Made by a program: the position numbers and the translations under genes. From the IMG/VR virus record IMGVR_UViG_3300027898_000001: a stretch of DNA of 64,000 nt. One strand, written 5' to 3'. The notes beneath the pieces were generated by a model. The model saw nothing but the letters and a program-made list of their open reading frames with translations. It was not told the origin of the DNA and did not search any database. The DNA is from a virus (Duplodnaviria; Caudoviricetes). Positions 1 to 9,986 of this stretch are shown piece by piece; the first letter of the stretch is position 1, and every line of letters begins with the position of its first letter.

Positions 1-489
1 GTTCAGGCAATTACGATACTCTCTGAGGTAGATTACGGTGTCTCAGATTATTTAGATGATGCCTCTAATACATACTCACCTATAGTTTCCTGTTGTAACA
101 TCTATGGTGGTAGTATTTACGATAGCGCTACACCTGCAAATACTACAGGTAAATGGTCGATTCCTAAAATAATCACCAACTTATCTACTGGAGCTACAGC
201 TACACGCCCTGCACTCGATTGGCGAGTTGGTAATAAAGTTGCCACAACGAATCCACTGGCTGATACTGGTAATGCTAGTTGCAACGCAGACTTGACATAC
301 TCTACATCATTGTTGCCTTTAGGTGTCGCATACAATACCCAGTTCCATGGTGATATAACATCTAAGAGCGGTATACGTTTATATGCAGGTACTGGTCCTA
401 ATGATATAACATACACCCCCAATGATATTGTTACAGTTAGTGGTGTTCCATATCGAATTCTAAACAAAATTGCAGTTCCCTATATTTAG
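1..489 (+). CDS. 5'-truncated virion structural protein, probable paralogue of the next two ORFs
   Basis: Frame 1 is open from base 1 to TAG at 487-489 (VQAITILSEV...KIAVPYI). The C-terminal GDITSKSGIRLY resembles GAVTDLSNVYL and GAISDLSNVYL in the downstream ORFs. Confidence 0.75.
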   Translation, partial: VQAITILSEVDYGVSDYLDDASNTYSPIVSCCNIYGGSIYDSATPANTTGKWSIPKIITNLSTGATATRPALDWRVGNKVATTNPLADTGNASCNADLTYSTSLLPLGVAYNTQFHGDITSKSGIRLYAGTGPNDITYTPNDIVTVSGVPYRILNKIAVPYI

Positions 490-501
490 GAGATTTTACG
501 T

Positions 502-1533
502 ATGTTTGCTAAACTTTATTTTGCAGCAGGCTGGGGTACCAACTCTGTTAAACAAGCCATATTTAACGTAGCTTGCGGTGTTACTAGTTTAACTACATTG
601 AATGCAAACTTAACCGCGTCACCTGCAAATACAGCTACAGTAGTTACAGCATTGTCGTATATCATTAATAATAAAACACCATCTGGTTGGACAAACTCCA
701 CTAGTTTGACTGCTAATGTGAGTACGACATCTATTATGTATGCACCGTGTGCTAATAGTACGAAGAATAAATATGTTGCTCTTGGTGGTACAAACTCATA
801 CGTGTCTATGAGTAGTGTTAGTGGTATGACGAATTCAACGTATACTTCTGATCCCGGCACTGAGATTATTCAAGCAGGTGCTGACGATACTTCATCTACT
901 TCCAGACACAACACAGCATATCCATTAGAAGTTTGGATATCATGCTCTAACCGTCATTTACTTGTTGCGTGTAATCGCCCTGGTTATAATCACGGTACGT
1001 CTTCTGGTACTGGCAATCAAACTAGCGGTTATGTTGCAGGCGTTCTCGAACATGTGGCTACGGATGCTTGGATGGTAGATGGTATTAATCACTTGCCAGC
1101 TATTGTGTTACGTCCCGGTCAAAACTGGCAATCAAATAACGTAAATGGTCCTACAACTATTGCACTTGATGGTTATGCTACCGGTTGGAGAGATATTACG
1201 CAAGCAACCGTTACTGATAACTACTCCAGTGTGTCTTCTACAAAAGCCGCGTACACACGTTATGGTAGCGGTACTATTCAGTCAATTACAAATAATGGCA
1301 CTTGTACAATATCTCAAGATGAGAACACTGTTGTAAGAACATTAATGCCATTTGGTGTTCGTAACCAAGCACAATTACAACGTGGTGGTGCAGTAACAGA
1401 TTTATCTAACGTGTACTTATGTCCTGCCATATTTGCTGCAAACACTGTTATTCAAGTAGGTACAGATACTACGAATTTATTCCACATATTCAAAGCATTT
1501 AACGGTGTTGATATTGCCGTACCTCGCGGTTAA
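502..1533 (+). CDS. Putative virion structural (fibre/whisker-associated) protein, 343 aa
   Basis: AGGAG RBS, Ser/Thr/Asn-rich, paralogous to 1555-2526 (MFAKLYFAAGW vs MYAKLRFTSGW; LMPFG...GGA.TDLSNVYL). Confidence 0.75.
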   Translation: MFAKLYFAAGWGTNSVKQAIFNVACGVTSLTTLNANLTASPANTATVVTALSYIINNKTPSGWTNSTSLTANVSTTSIMYAPCANSTKNKYVALGGTNSYVSMSSVSGMTNSTYTSDPGTEIIQAGADDTSSTSRHNTAYPLEVWISCSNRHLLVACNRPGYNHGTSSGTGNQTSGYVAGVLEHVATDAWMVDGINHLPAIVLRPGQNWQSNNVNGPTTIALDGYATGWRDITQATVTDNYSSVSSTKAAYTRYGSGTIQSITNNGTCTISQDENTVVRTLMPFGVRNQAQLQRGGAVTDLSNVYLCPAIFAANTVIQVGTDTTNLFHIFKAFNGVDIAVPRG

Positions 1534-1554
1534 TTACTTATTTGGAGATGATAT

Positions 1555-2526
1555 ATGTACGCGAAATTAAGATTCACGTCAGGTTGGTCAACTGGACAAG
1601 TAAACGATGCAATATTGACACTACTCAGTACAAACACTTCTTACACATTATCTACAATGGTAGCAGCATGTGCAGCAACTCAACCAAAACTAGATATGGC
1701 TAACAGTGCTCTGTCTTACGCGATAGGTGGACACGGTTGGACGCAAGAATATCTAAACAATACCACTGCAAATAGATTAGCGGTATTGAGTTCACCCTGT
1801 GCAAGTAGTAGTAAGAAAAAATATATAGTTACTTCTTACGCGAACAACTTACTACAAATCACGTTAGGTGAGAGTTGGGTTAGTGCTAATACGTTAAATA
1901 ATCCTACCACACCAACGGCAAACAGTTGGTTAAATACTGCCAATACCCCAACTAGTGGTGGATTAGACGTTTATTTGTTTGTATCTAATCGTTTTATATT
2001 TCTAGCAACTGCTGTAGCAGCTTCTACCAATCTAGCGTTATCTGCAGGTGTATTTGAATTCGTTAAAAACGACGGCTTCTACACAGAGACTAGCAGTTAT
2101 ATTCCAGCCGCACAATTTAATAGCCAATTAACGAATGCTAGTTTATTCAACGGTGCACTGAGTCCATTTGTGTTACCTAGATTTTATAGTATACGTAATT
2201 CTGCGGACAGAATTACTGGTAACGCTACTGCCCTGTGGGAAACACCCTATGTTGACGACTCTGGAATACCTAATACTAATTTGGGTTATGATTTCCTAGG
2301 TACAGCAACTAACTGGTCACCTTTATTGATGCCATTTGGATGTAGTAACCGCGCAAACTTAGGATTTATGGGTGGCGCTATTTCTGATCTATCTAATGTG
2401 TATTTAGGGCCAGGTAATTTAGGTGCATGTTTTGACGAAGTTATTGTTGGTCCAACCACGTTCGTGCAAATAGATTTAGGACTAGCTCCCGCCTCATACG
2501 GTCGCATGTTCTTTCCTAAAGGATAA
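1555..2526 (+). CDS. Putative virion structural protein, 323 aa
   Basis: GGAG RBS; shares N- and C-terminal motifs with 502-1533. Confidence 0.75.
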   Translation: MYAKLRFTSGWSTGQVNDAILTLLSTNTSYTLSTMVAACAATQPKLDMANSALSYAIGGHGWTQEYLNNTTANRLAVLSSPCASSSKKKYIVTSYANNLLQITLGESWVSANTLNNPTTPTANSWLNTANTPTSGGLDVYLFVSNRFIFLATAVAASTNLALSAGVFEFVKNDGFYTETSSYIPAAQFNSQLTNASLFNGALSPFVLPRFYSIRNSADRITGNATALWETPYVDDSGIPNTNLGYDFLGTATNWSPLLMPFGCSNRANLGFMGGAISDLSNVYLGPGNLGACFDEVIVGPTTFVQIDLGLAPASYGRMFFPKG

Positions 2527-2531
2527 CTATC

Positions 2532-2735
2532 ATGGCTAATCTAGGAGTGGTTCCTGTAATTGCTGCGAATCCAAATTCAACACATACAGTACGCTCTATT
2601 ACGTATGTTTCTTCTATTTATTTTGGAGCTTCTCAGCTATCAGCAGGCTTAGGTGCTGTTAGTAGCAGTCAGGTAACTAATCAGTCTGTTGTCGCATTAC
2701 CAACGCAAGTAACACCTGTACAATACTGGAGCTAA
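2532..2735 (+). CDS. Small hypothetical structural protein, 67 aa
   Basis: In operon with short spacers; ends VQYWS, like the next ORF (YQVWS). Confidence 0.65.
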   Translation: MANLGVVPVIAANPNSTHTVRSITYVSSIYFGASQLSAGLGAVSSSQVTNQSVVALPTQVTPVQYWS

Positions 2736-2736
2736 T

Positions 2737-3015
2737 ATGACAGCAATAGCACAGAGTAATTTCCATTTAGCTACACAATCTACACCTGTAGTGCATGCAA
2801 CATTACGTTTTCCTGCGCTAACTTCTGTTAGTTCCGGACTACCTTTATCAACTACACTTCCTTATAACATACAACAAATGCAATTTCCAGCATTACTGTA
2901 TTTCGGAACATTATCTGCTGGCGGTCAAGCTAGTTCGACAAGCTCGGTATCACAGTTACAAACAGCACAGGTGGTTACGGTAGACGTGACTAAATTGTAT
3001 CAAGTTTGGAGTTGA
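2737..3015 (+). CDS. Small hypothetical structural protein, 92 aa
   Basis: 1-nt spacer after the previous stop; the -WS C-terminus is shared with the previous ORF. Confidence 0.65.
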   Translation: MTAIAQSNFHLATQSTPVVHATLRFPALTSVSSGLPLSTTLPYNIQQMQFPALLYFGTLSAGGQASSTSSVSQLQTAQVVTVDVTKLYQVWS

Positions 3016-3027
3016 GTCCTCTGCTTT

Positions 3028-3052
3028 AGGCATATGGATTTGCCTCCTTTTA
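3028..3052 (+). terminator. Weak intrinsic terminator-like hairpin
   Basis: AGGCA-8nt-TGCCT followed by CCTTTT, between the structural block and tmk. Confidence 0.3.
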
Positions 3053-3083
3053 ACTATAATATGAATTTAAAATTGGTGATTAT

Positions 3084-3716
3084 ATGACAAGTTTGCTGGT
3101 CTCTGTAGAAGGTATAGACTGCTCTGGTAAGTCAAGTGCGATTAATATGTTAAAAGAAACGTACAGCATTGTTACTACACGAGAACCTGGGGGTACACCA
3201 ATTGGTGAAGAATTACGCACGCTTATTTTACAGAATGGTAATGTCATATCAAGCGAAACAGAAGCATTACTCTTTTATACTGCGCGTGTTGAACACTGCA
3301 AAGCATTTATTAAACCGAATTTAGATGCGGGTAATGTGGTTGTATGTGATCGCTACTATGATAGTTCCCTGGCATATCAAGGTGCTAATGGTAATACCTT
3401 TACTAAGACATTGCATGAATTTATGTTACGTGAAAATGTTATTCTACGACCTAACTATACCCTGCTGTTTGATATTTCTATTGAGACTTATTTGAAGCGC
3501 AAGACAGCTAGAGGTGTTGTCAAAGGTGAGGAAATTAATCACATAGAGGATCGTGATGTAGTTATTTATGAAAAGACACTGGCTATTTTTCGAGAACTAG
3601 CTAGAGAAGAACCTAACAGATTTATTGTTGTGGATGCTAATCAGGATATTCAGACAGTACATAACCAAGTCACTGCAATTTTTGATAAATTGGGTGTTCC
3701 GAGAAAATTAGGATAA
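3084..3716 (+). CDS. tmk: Thymidylate (dTMP) kinase
   Basis: P-loop EGIDCSGKS, TREPGGT and DRYYDSSLAYQG motifs. Confidence 0.95.
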   Translation: MTSLLVSVEGIDCSGKSSAINMLKETYSIVTTREPGGTPIGEELRTLILQNGNVISSETEALLFYTARVEHCKAFIKPNLDAGNVVVCDRYYDSSLAYQGANGNTFTKTLHEFMLRENVILRPNYTLLFDISIETYLKRKTARGVVKGEEINHIEDRDVVIYEKTLAIFRELAREEPNRFIVVDANQDIQTVHNQVTAIFDKLGVPRKLG

Positions 3717-3719
3717 TAT

Positions 3720-5399
3720 ATGTTTCTATCATTGTCATCTATTGAACGAGCTTCCGCAGATGCTTACATGAAGTTAATGTTAGCATTGGCATTATCTTAT
3801 GAGTTTGACTACGACCAGAATTTTTATCGTAAAATGACTGCGTGGCGTAAAGCTGCGGAACCTTTTATGAAGCAGTTTCGTATAAAGACTAAAGATTTGG
3901 ATATTGCTTACCGAAACATCATTGCAAACAAAGGTCCAGAGAATGATGTTACCCACGAATCTACTGTAGAAGCGTTTCGTGAAATGCAATTAGCTAAACC
4001 TAAATTTGAAAAAGAACTCGATTTAACTCGTGATGATCTTCGTTTTCTAAACGATATGCGGTTAGTAGCTTTGAAAGATTCCGAACAGGCTAAAATTCGT
4101 ATCGCAAAAGAACTCAGTCGATTCAATGATCCTGATTTCAATAGCATGTTTGCCGAAGATCACGAAAGTACAGAAGACGTACAGAAAGAATTAAAGGCAC
4201 TTGTTCAGAAGTTTGGTAAAGTTAGTGGGCTTATTATGCCAACTACTGTATTAGAATCTTGGCAAGAATATGCAAAGAATCGTGGAAAGAAATTGCCGCA
4301 GCATGAGCGTTATTTAGAACTAACTCGTACCTTACGTGAAAGTTACAAGAAGCGTCTACGTTCGCTTATACTAAGTAGCGACAAACCTTATTTACCTGTA
4401 TCTGATGTTATTCGTACACTTGATTCAGAAGGTGTACCACATAACTTACCTAGTAACTTCATTGGTAATATAGACGCTGAAGGTAAGTTTTATACTACTT
4501 CTGGGAAAAGATTGTTGCAAGCACCTAGTGGTGATGTGTTAATGAATCCGGAGTATGACCCTAAGAAAGACAACTCTTATGTGTGTTCATTTACCCCAGC
4601 GTTTGCACAAGCACCTACACGAGCGTATACTGAAAACTATCGTAGTTCTGCCAAGCAAAGCAAGTTTGACGTTGTTATGGAAGCACTACCTTTAATACCC
4701 GCCGCCGCTAAGAAATGGCGTAGCGCTATGGCTAAACCCAATACCAAGGCAGGTATTCTAGCTACGTTAGCGGAATTGATTTATGAGACTAGTGCTCGTG
4801 TAAGTAGTAAAGTAGCGATGACTGGTGGAGAACGTACATTTGGTGCCACAACATTGCAAGTGCAACATATAAAGTTTAGCGATAGTGTTATCAATATCGT
4901 GTATACAGGTAAGAGTGCAGGTAAACAACATCACGTTATTAAACTCACTACACCCGCTTTAAAACGTCTTGCAGCTAACTTAAAAATCTATTGTATAGGT
5001 AAAGCAAAGACTGATCCTGTATTTGAGTACAAAGATCGTACTGTCACAGGTACGGCGGTATCTAACTACTTGCGTACATTAGGATTACCTGACGGATTCA
5101 CTGTACATAAATTCCGTACTATTCGTGCCACTGAAATGGCCAACGATGTATTGAAAGCCTGCCCATTTAAGAAGGGTGGACAGTGGACAGATAAGCAAGT
5201 ACACCAGTGGGTTGAAGGTGAGATACTGAAAGTAGGTATCGCACTAGGTCACATGTCGGGTGAGAAGTATACAGCAAACACTGCTATACAAAACTATGTA
5301 GACCCTGGTATTCTGAAAGCATTTTATGATAAATTGGGTATTCGTCCTAATCCTAAAATACAAAAAGCTATTGACAGCATAAACAAACATGAGAAATAA
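3720..5399 (+). CDS. Type IB DNA topoisomerase-like protein (tyrosine recombinase fold) with a long N-terminal extension
   Basis: The C-terminal ~230 aa carry the catalytic pentad in order: ETSARV (R), FGATTL..QH, YTGKSAG (K), FTVHKFRT (R), ALGH (H), NYVDP (Y). Confidence 0.75.
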   Translation: MFLSLSSIERASADAYMKLMLALALSYEFDYDQNFYRKMTAWRKAAEPFMKQFRIKTKDLDIAYRNIIANKGPENDVTHESTVEAFREMQLAKPKFEKELDLTRDDLRFLNDMRLVALKDSEQAKIRIAKELSRFNDPDFNSMFAEDHESTEDVQKELKALVQKFGKVSGLIMPTTVLESWQEYAKNRGKKLPQHERYLELTRTLRESYKKRLRSLILSSDKPYLPVSDVIRTLDSEGVPHNLPSNFIGNIDAEGKFYTTSGKRLLQAPSGDVLMNPEYDPKKDNSYVCSFTPAFAQAPTRAYTENYRSSAKQSKFDVVMEALPLIPAAAKKWRSAMAKPNTKAGILATLAELIYETSARVSSKVAMTGGERTFGATTLQVQHIKFSDSVINIVYTGKSAGKQHHVIKLTTPALKRLAANLKIYCIGKAKTDPVFEYKDRTVTGTAVSNYLRTLGLPDGFTVHKFRTIRATEMANDVLKACPFKKGGQWTDKQVHQWVEGEILKVGIALGHMSGEKYTANTAIQNYVDPGILKAFYDKLGIRPNPKIQKAIDSINKHEK

Positions 5400-5814
5400 T
5401 ATGAACCAATTTAGTTGTCCTCAAAGAATAACCGTTGCCGCAGATTGTCCTGACAGTTGGCAAGAGCGTTGGAAAGATACTTGGCCATCCGAACTTGGTG
5501 TAGCTCCTGTTGCGTGTAGTTATTGTGGATGTATTCGTCCTGAGGATGCTATACGTATAATCGAAGCTGGGTTTGAAATATCACCAAGCACTAAATCGTA
5601 CAAATGGTATATAGAAGTTCCAGGCCACGCTAAACATCATAAGATGACTATAAGTGCTATACAGAACGATCAATTAGATTCTATTAAAGATCATAAATTG
5701 ATAAGTGTGGGTTTGCCTATTAAACTGTATGCTCACCATCTAACTCCCGAACAAATATCAGTGTTAAATAATCTATGGGAACGTCAATGTAAAGCACCTA
5801 CTGAGGAGCAATAA
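5389..5814 (+). CDS. Hypothetical protein with CSYCGC motif
   Basis: 141-aa ORF coupled to both neighbours. Confidence 0.7.
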   Translation: MRNNMNQFSCPQRITVAADCPDSWQERWKDTWPSELGVAPVACSYCGCIRPEDAIRIIEAGFEISPSTKSYKWYIEVPGHAKHHKMTISAIQNDQLDSIKDHKLISVGLPIKLYAHHLTPEQISVLNNLWERQCKAPTEEQ

Positions 5815-5815
5815 A

Positions 5816-6241
5816 ATGACCTTAGTATTATCTACACCTTACAAGAAACCTCAAGTTAGTATTCCACCATTTCCTTACTACGCAGCGTCTACTTACTTGA
5901 ACGCTTCTCAATACAATACGAGTGCAAAACTCATAGCACTCGCTACAGGTCAGATGACAAGTGACACTACTGGTGATACATTTACTCTGGATACTGGTAC
6001 TACAAAATATGGGTACTTTTTCAGTCCTGTATCTAATGGCGCAATACAGTTTACCGAGATAAATTCAAATCTGCTTGGAGGTTGGGATGGTGCTACGTGG
6101 GCGGATGGTGATATTGGTAGTACGAATGGTCCTGCCACTATATCGTTAGACTTCGGTGCAGGTCCTTCTGATTGGTACGTATATAGAACAGACTTTGCCG
6201 GTATAGGCATTGTTACTTGGAAACTACGATACTTGAGCTAA
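5816..6241 (+). CDS. Stand-alone GGWDGA/YRTDF repeat-domain virion protein
   Basis: YGYF..P...F....GGWDGATW.DG.IG...GP.....WYVYRTDF, the same domain that is repeated five times in 20760-27548. Confidence 0.8.
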   Translation: MTLVLSTPYKKPQVSIPPFPYYAASTYLNASQYNTSAKLIALATGQMTSDTTGDTFTLDTGTTKYGYFFSPVSNGAIQFTEINSNLLGGWDGATWADGDIGSTNGPATISLDFGAGPSDWYVYRTDFAGIGIVTWKLRYLS

Positions 6242-6246
6242 CTATT

Positions 6247-6483
6247 ATGATACCTATTAGTATGTCTGTTAATATTCCAAAGTCTCGTTTAGAAGATTCA
6301 CTAGAAGATAGTGAATTAGTAGATGCGGAACTACTTAATCCTGATGCGGAAGCACCTCCGAGAGCAACACAGACTGGTCAGTTCGGAGTCACTGATGTTC
6401 ACGTTACAAACGCGAATTGGCTCGGTAGATTAGATCGCGATATACCTCCTAGAAGACGCAGGACATTGCCTGTCACAAAATAA
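6247..6483 (+). CDS. Small protein with N-terminal ISMS motif and basic C-terminus
   Basis: ATG at 6247 (MIPISMSVN...PPRRRRTLPVTK) preferred over the upstream track start. Confidence 0.65.
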   Translation: MIPISMSVNIPKSRLEDSLEDSELVDAELLNPDAEAPPRATQTGQFGVTDVHVTNANWLGRLDRDIPPRRRRTLPVTK

Positions 6484-6492
6484 GGTCATTCT

Positions 6493-6954
6493 ATGAAAAG
6501 TAATGGAGCCGCTATAAATTTTACTCTACAGCGTCTAGCGAATTTTCCAGACGCTGAAAATGGTGAGTTGTGTATCATATACGGGAATGCGGATATTGCA
6601 TCTGGCATCTATTGTTACTACGATACGATCACTGGTTGGAAACTAATACACCCAGTTGAGGCTTCACCGAACACGATCCTCTCCTTATCTGATGTCGGCG
6701 TACAAGCAGTTGCTAATGGTTATTTGCAATGGGATGCTCAGGCAAATAAAGTAGAATTTGTTACTGCGATTCCAGCTAGTGCTATTACAGGACTAGCGAC
6801 TGTGGCTACATCAGGTGATTATGAAGATTTACAAAATAAATATACATTGCCATCTGCAACACAAAGCGAACTAGGTGGTGTTAAAGTAGGTACAGGGTTA
6901 TCCGTGGATAATGAAGGACAATTAACAGTATCTATGGATGGCGGAGCATTTTAA
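6493..6954 (+). CDS. Fibre-associated structural protein, 153 aa
   Basis: Contains GLATVATSG and LGGVKVG fibre motifs shared with 13186-14115; ends DGGAF like 7046-8695. Confidence 0.75.
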   Translation: MKSNGAAINFTLQRLANFPDAENGELCIIYGNADIASGIYCYYDTITGWKLIHPVEASPNTILSLSDVGVQAVANGYLQWDAQANKVEFVTAIPASAITGLATVATSGDYEDLQNKYTLPSATQSELGGVKVGTGLSVDNEGQLTVSMDGGAF

Positions 6955-7045
6955 GTTATTTTGCACAGTAATTTCTGTATTAGATAGCCTTATATTAGGT
7001 TTACCCTACAATCTAATCTAGTTACATATTTATAGGAATATTTTA

Positions 7046-8695
7046 ATGTCGAATACTATCTTATTAAAAAGATCATCTGTACAAAATAAAGCACCGTTAG
7101 TGTCAGATTTAAGTCTAGGTGAACTAGGCATTAATACATACGATGGCAAACTGTATCTTAGAAAAAACAATGGTGTTGATTCTATTGTCGATATTACAGG
7201 CAATGAAACAATTACTGTTTCTGGTGATGTTACAGGGTCAGGCTCAACGGCTATTACTTTAACATTGGCTAACTCTGGTGTGTCTGCCGGCTCATATTCT
7301 AAGGTAACTGTAGACACAAAGGGTCGTGTAACAGCCGGTAGTGCTATTGCATCGGCTGACGTTACAACTGCACTTGGATTTACTCCATACAACGCTACAA
7401 ACCCAAATGGCTATACGAGTAATCTTGGTACTGTAACTTCATTCGCATTCACAAATGCTAATGGCTTTACGGGTACTGTGAGCACAGCAACTACAACACC
7501 AACCTTAAGTTTGTCATTACAAAATGCGAGTGCTACACAAGCTGGCCAGTTGTCATCAACAGATTGGGCTACATTTAATAGTAAGCAAGCGGGTAACGCT
7601 AACTTAACAAGTGTTGCAGCGTTATCCACATCAACAACAGGTTTAATTAAGTTTACCAACGGTGTGGCATCATTAGACACCAATACATATATTACCGCAG
7701 CTACTGCACCAGTTACAAGTGTAGCTGGACGTACAGGTGCTATCGTACTGACCTCGGCAGACGTAGGTTTAGGTAACGTAAACAATACGTCCGATGCGAA
7801 TAAGCCTGTATCAACTGCTACACAAACTGCATTGAATTTGAAAGTAGATGCTAGTCAGTTGGGTGTTGCTAGCGGTGTTGCAACATTGGATGCTACTGGT
7901 AAGTTACTAACTGCACAAATTCCTAGTGCATTGCTTGGTGCTACTGTTTACCAAGGTGTGTGGAATGCTAGTACAAACACGCCTACACTTGTCTCAGGCA
8001 CAGGTACAAAAGGACAGTATTACAAAGTCAGTGTTGCAGGTACTACAAGTATAGACGGTAATGCTAACTGGACTGTAGGTGACATTATTATATATAATGG
8101 TACCACTTGGGATGCTATTCAAGGTGGTACGTCTGATGTTAGTTCTGTATTTGGGCGCGTAGGTGCTGTTACATTACTCGCGGCTGACGTTACAACTGCA
8201 TTGGGATTCACACCTTACAACGCTACAAACCCAAACGGATATATCACTGCTGCAGGTGCTCCTGTACAAAGCGTTGCCGGACGTACTGGTACTGTTGTAT
8301 TAACCTCAGCAGACGTAGGTTTAGGCAATGTCAATAACACATCTGACGCTAACAAACCTGTAAGCACTGCACAGCAATCAGCATTAGATGCTAAACAACC
8401 GTTATTATCCGGTACAGGATTTGTAAAAAGTACAGCAGGTGTTATTACATACGACACTACAACTTATTTAACTGGTAACCAAAGCATTACAATTTCCGGT
8501 GATGCAACTGGTAGCGGTACTACTGCTATTACGCTAACTTTAGCCTCAAGCGGTGTGACTGCGGGCACTTATAAATCTGTAACTGTTGATGCCAAAGGTA
8601 GAGTAACAGCAGGAACTAACCCTACTACTATTGCAGGGTTTGGTATCACTGATGCCGTATCAACTTCATCTACTATAGATGGTGGTGCTTTCTAA
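7046..8695 (+). CDS. Tail fibre protein, 549 aa, with T4 gp37-like N-terminal motif
   Basis: N-terminus ILLKRSS...P....L..GELGIN..DGKLY resembles the T4 gp37 start; SGDATGSG/VTVDAKGRVT and TPYNATNP repeats. Confidence 0.85.
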   Translation: MSNTILLKRSSVQNKAPLVSDLSLGELGINTYDGKLYLRKNNGVDSIVDITGNETITVSGDVTGSGSTAITLTLANSGVSAGSYSKVTVDTKGRVTAGSAIASADVTTALGFTPYNATNPNGYTSNLGTVTSFAFTNANGFTGTVSTATTTPTLSLSLQNASATQAGQLSSTDWATFNSKQAGNANLTSVAALSTSTTGLIKFTNGVASLDTNTYITAATAPVTSVAGRTGAIVLTSADVGLGNVNNTSDANKPVSTATQTALNLKVDASQLGVASGVATLDATGKLLTAQIPSALLGATVYQGVWNASTNTPTLVSGTGTKGQYYKVSVAGTTSIDGNANWTVGDIIIYNGTTWDAIQGGTSDVSSVFGRVGAVTLLAADVTTALGFTPYNATNPNGYITAAGAPVQSVAGRTGTVVLTSADVGLGNVNNTSDANKPVSTAQQSALDAKQPLLSGTGFVKSTAGVITYDTTTYLTGNQSITISGDATGSGTTAITLTLASSGVTAGTYKSVTVDAKGRVTAGTNPTTIAGFGITDAVSTSSTIDGGAF

Positions 8696-9986
8696 GGATA
8701 GTTATGTTATATACAGTGGATATTTGATTATCATCCACTGTATCCAAAAATTGCAATAATGCAATCTTATTTTATTAACTTCTATGCGGAGTATGCTGTA
8801 TGTTACAGGACGGAATTGAATTAGCTGAAGGTTCTGAGATTAAAAATGACAGTGTTGCTAAAGGCAGCGTATTTCCAGATAATTCAAATACTGGTGAATT
8901 ATTTTATATTGATAATACGTCCAACTCTAATGCTGTTGGTTTGCACGTATATGGTACATCATGGAAAAGACTGCTAGAAGAGGGAGATTCTTCAGGTAAT
9001 GCGTCACTGCCTGCAAATACTGTAGCTGGTACATATAAATCTGTAACTGTAGACGCTACAGGTATTGTGCTGTCTGGATCAAACCCAACTACACTAGCTG
9101 GTTATGGTATTACAGACGCACAAGCCGCGTTAGGTTTTACACCATACAACGCTACAAACCCAAACAACTATACAAGCAACTTGGGCTCTGTTACCACATT
9201 TGCATTTACTAGTGCTAACGGTTTTACTGGAAGTGTTAGTAATTCCAGCACTACTCCTACACTATCACTTACATTACAAAGTGCAAGTGCAACACAAGCT
9301 GGACAACTATCGTCCACTGATTGGAACACATTCAACGGTAAACAAGCAGGTAACGCTAATCTGACTAGTGTTGCAGCCTTGTCCTCAGCATCTACTGGTT
9401 TAGTTAAGTTTATTAACGGTGTTGCGTCCTTAGATACCAATAGTTACTTGACTGTAGCACCAGTTACTAGTGTTGCAGGTCGTATTGGTGATATTACTCT
9501 TGCAAAAGCTGACGTTGGATTGTCAAATGTTGATAATACCTCAGATACTAACAAGCCTGTAAGCACCGCCCAGCAAACAGCTTTGAATTCGAAAGTAGAT
9601 AACAGTCAATTAGGTGTCGCTAATGGTGTGGCAACATTAGGTAGCGATGGTAAAATTGCCTCAGGCCAATTACCCGCAGCGATTGTAGGTGCGACTATTT
9701 ATCAAGGCACTTGGAACGCTAGTACGAATACTCCTACACTTGTAGCTGGTACAGGAACCAAAGGTTATTATTACAAAGTAAGTGTTGCAGGCAACACTAG
9801 CATCGATGGCAACTCAAATTGGACTGTCGGCGATATTATCATATTCGACGGAGTTACTTGGGATGCGATACAGGGCGGAACTTCAGACGTTAGTTCTGTG
9901 TTTGGTCGTGTAGGCGCTGTTACGTTGTTATCTTCTGATGTTACCTCAGCATTGGGATTCACACCTTACAACGCTACAAACCCAAA
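7388..9986 (+). repeat. Four identical 20-nt direct repeats TACAACGCTACAAACCCAAA
   Basis: Copies at 7388-7407, 8216-8235, 9145-9164 and 9967-9986, encoding YNATNP(N), two in each fibre gene. Confidence 0.9.
8711..8743. other. Perfect 11-bp inverted repeat between two fibre genes
   Basis: ATACAGTGGAT (8711-8721) and ATCCACTGTAT (8733-8743); no U-tract follows. Confidence 0.7.

Noticed and set aside
3720-5399. Prophage integrase / temperate lifestyle
   Set aside because: The GATTL and GKS motifs favour TopIB, and there is no att site, repressor or host flank. Gene content fits a large lytic phage.
7388-9986. CRISPR array
   Set aside because: The repeats are ~800 nt apart and in-frame within proteins; there are no spacer-sized intervals and no cas genes.
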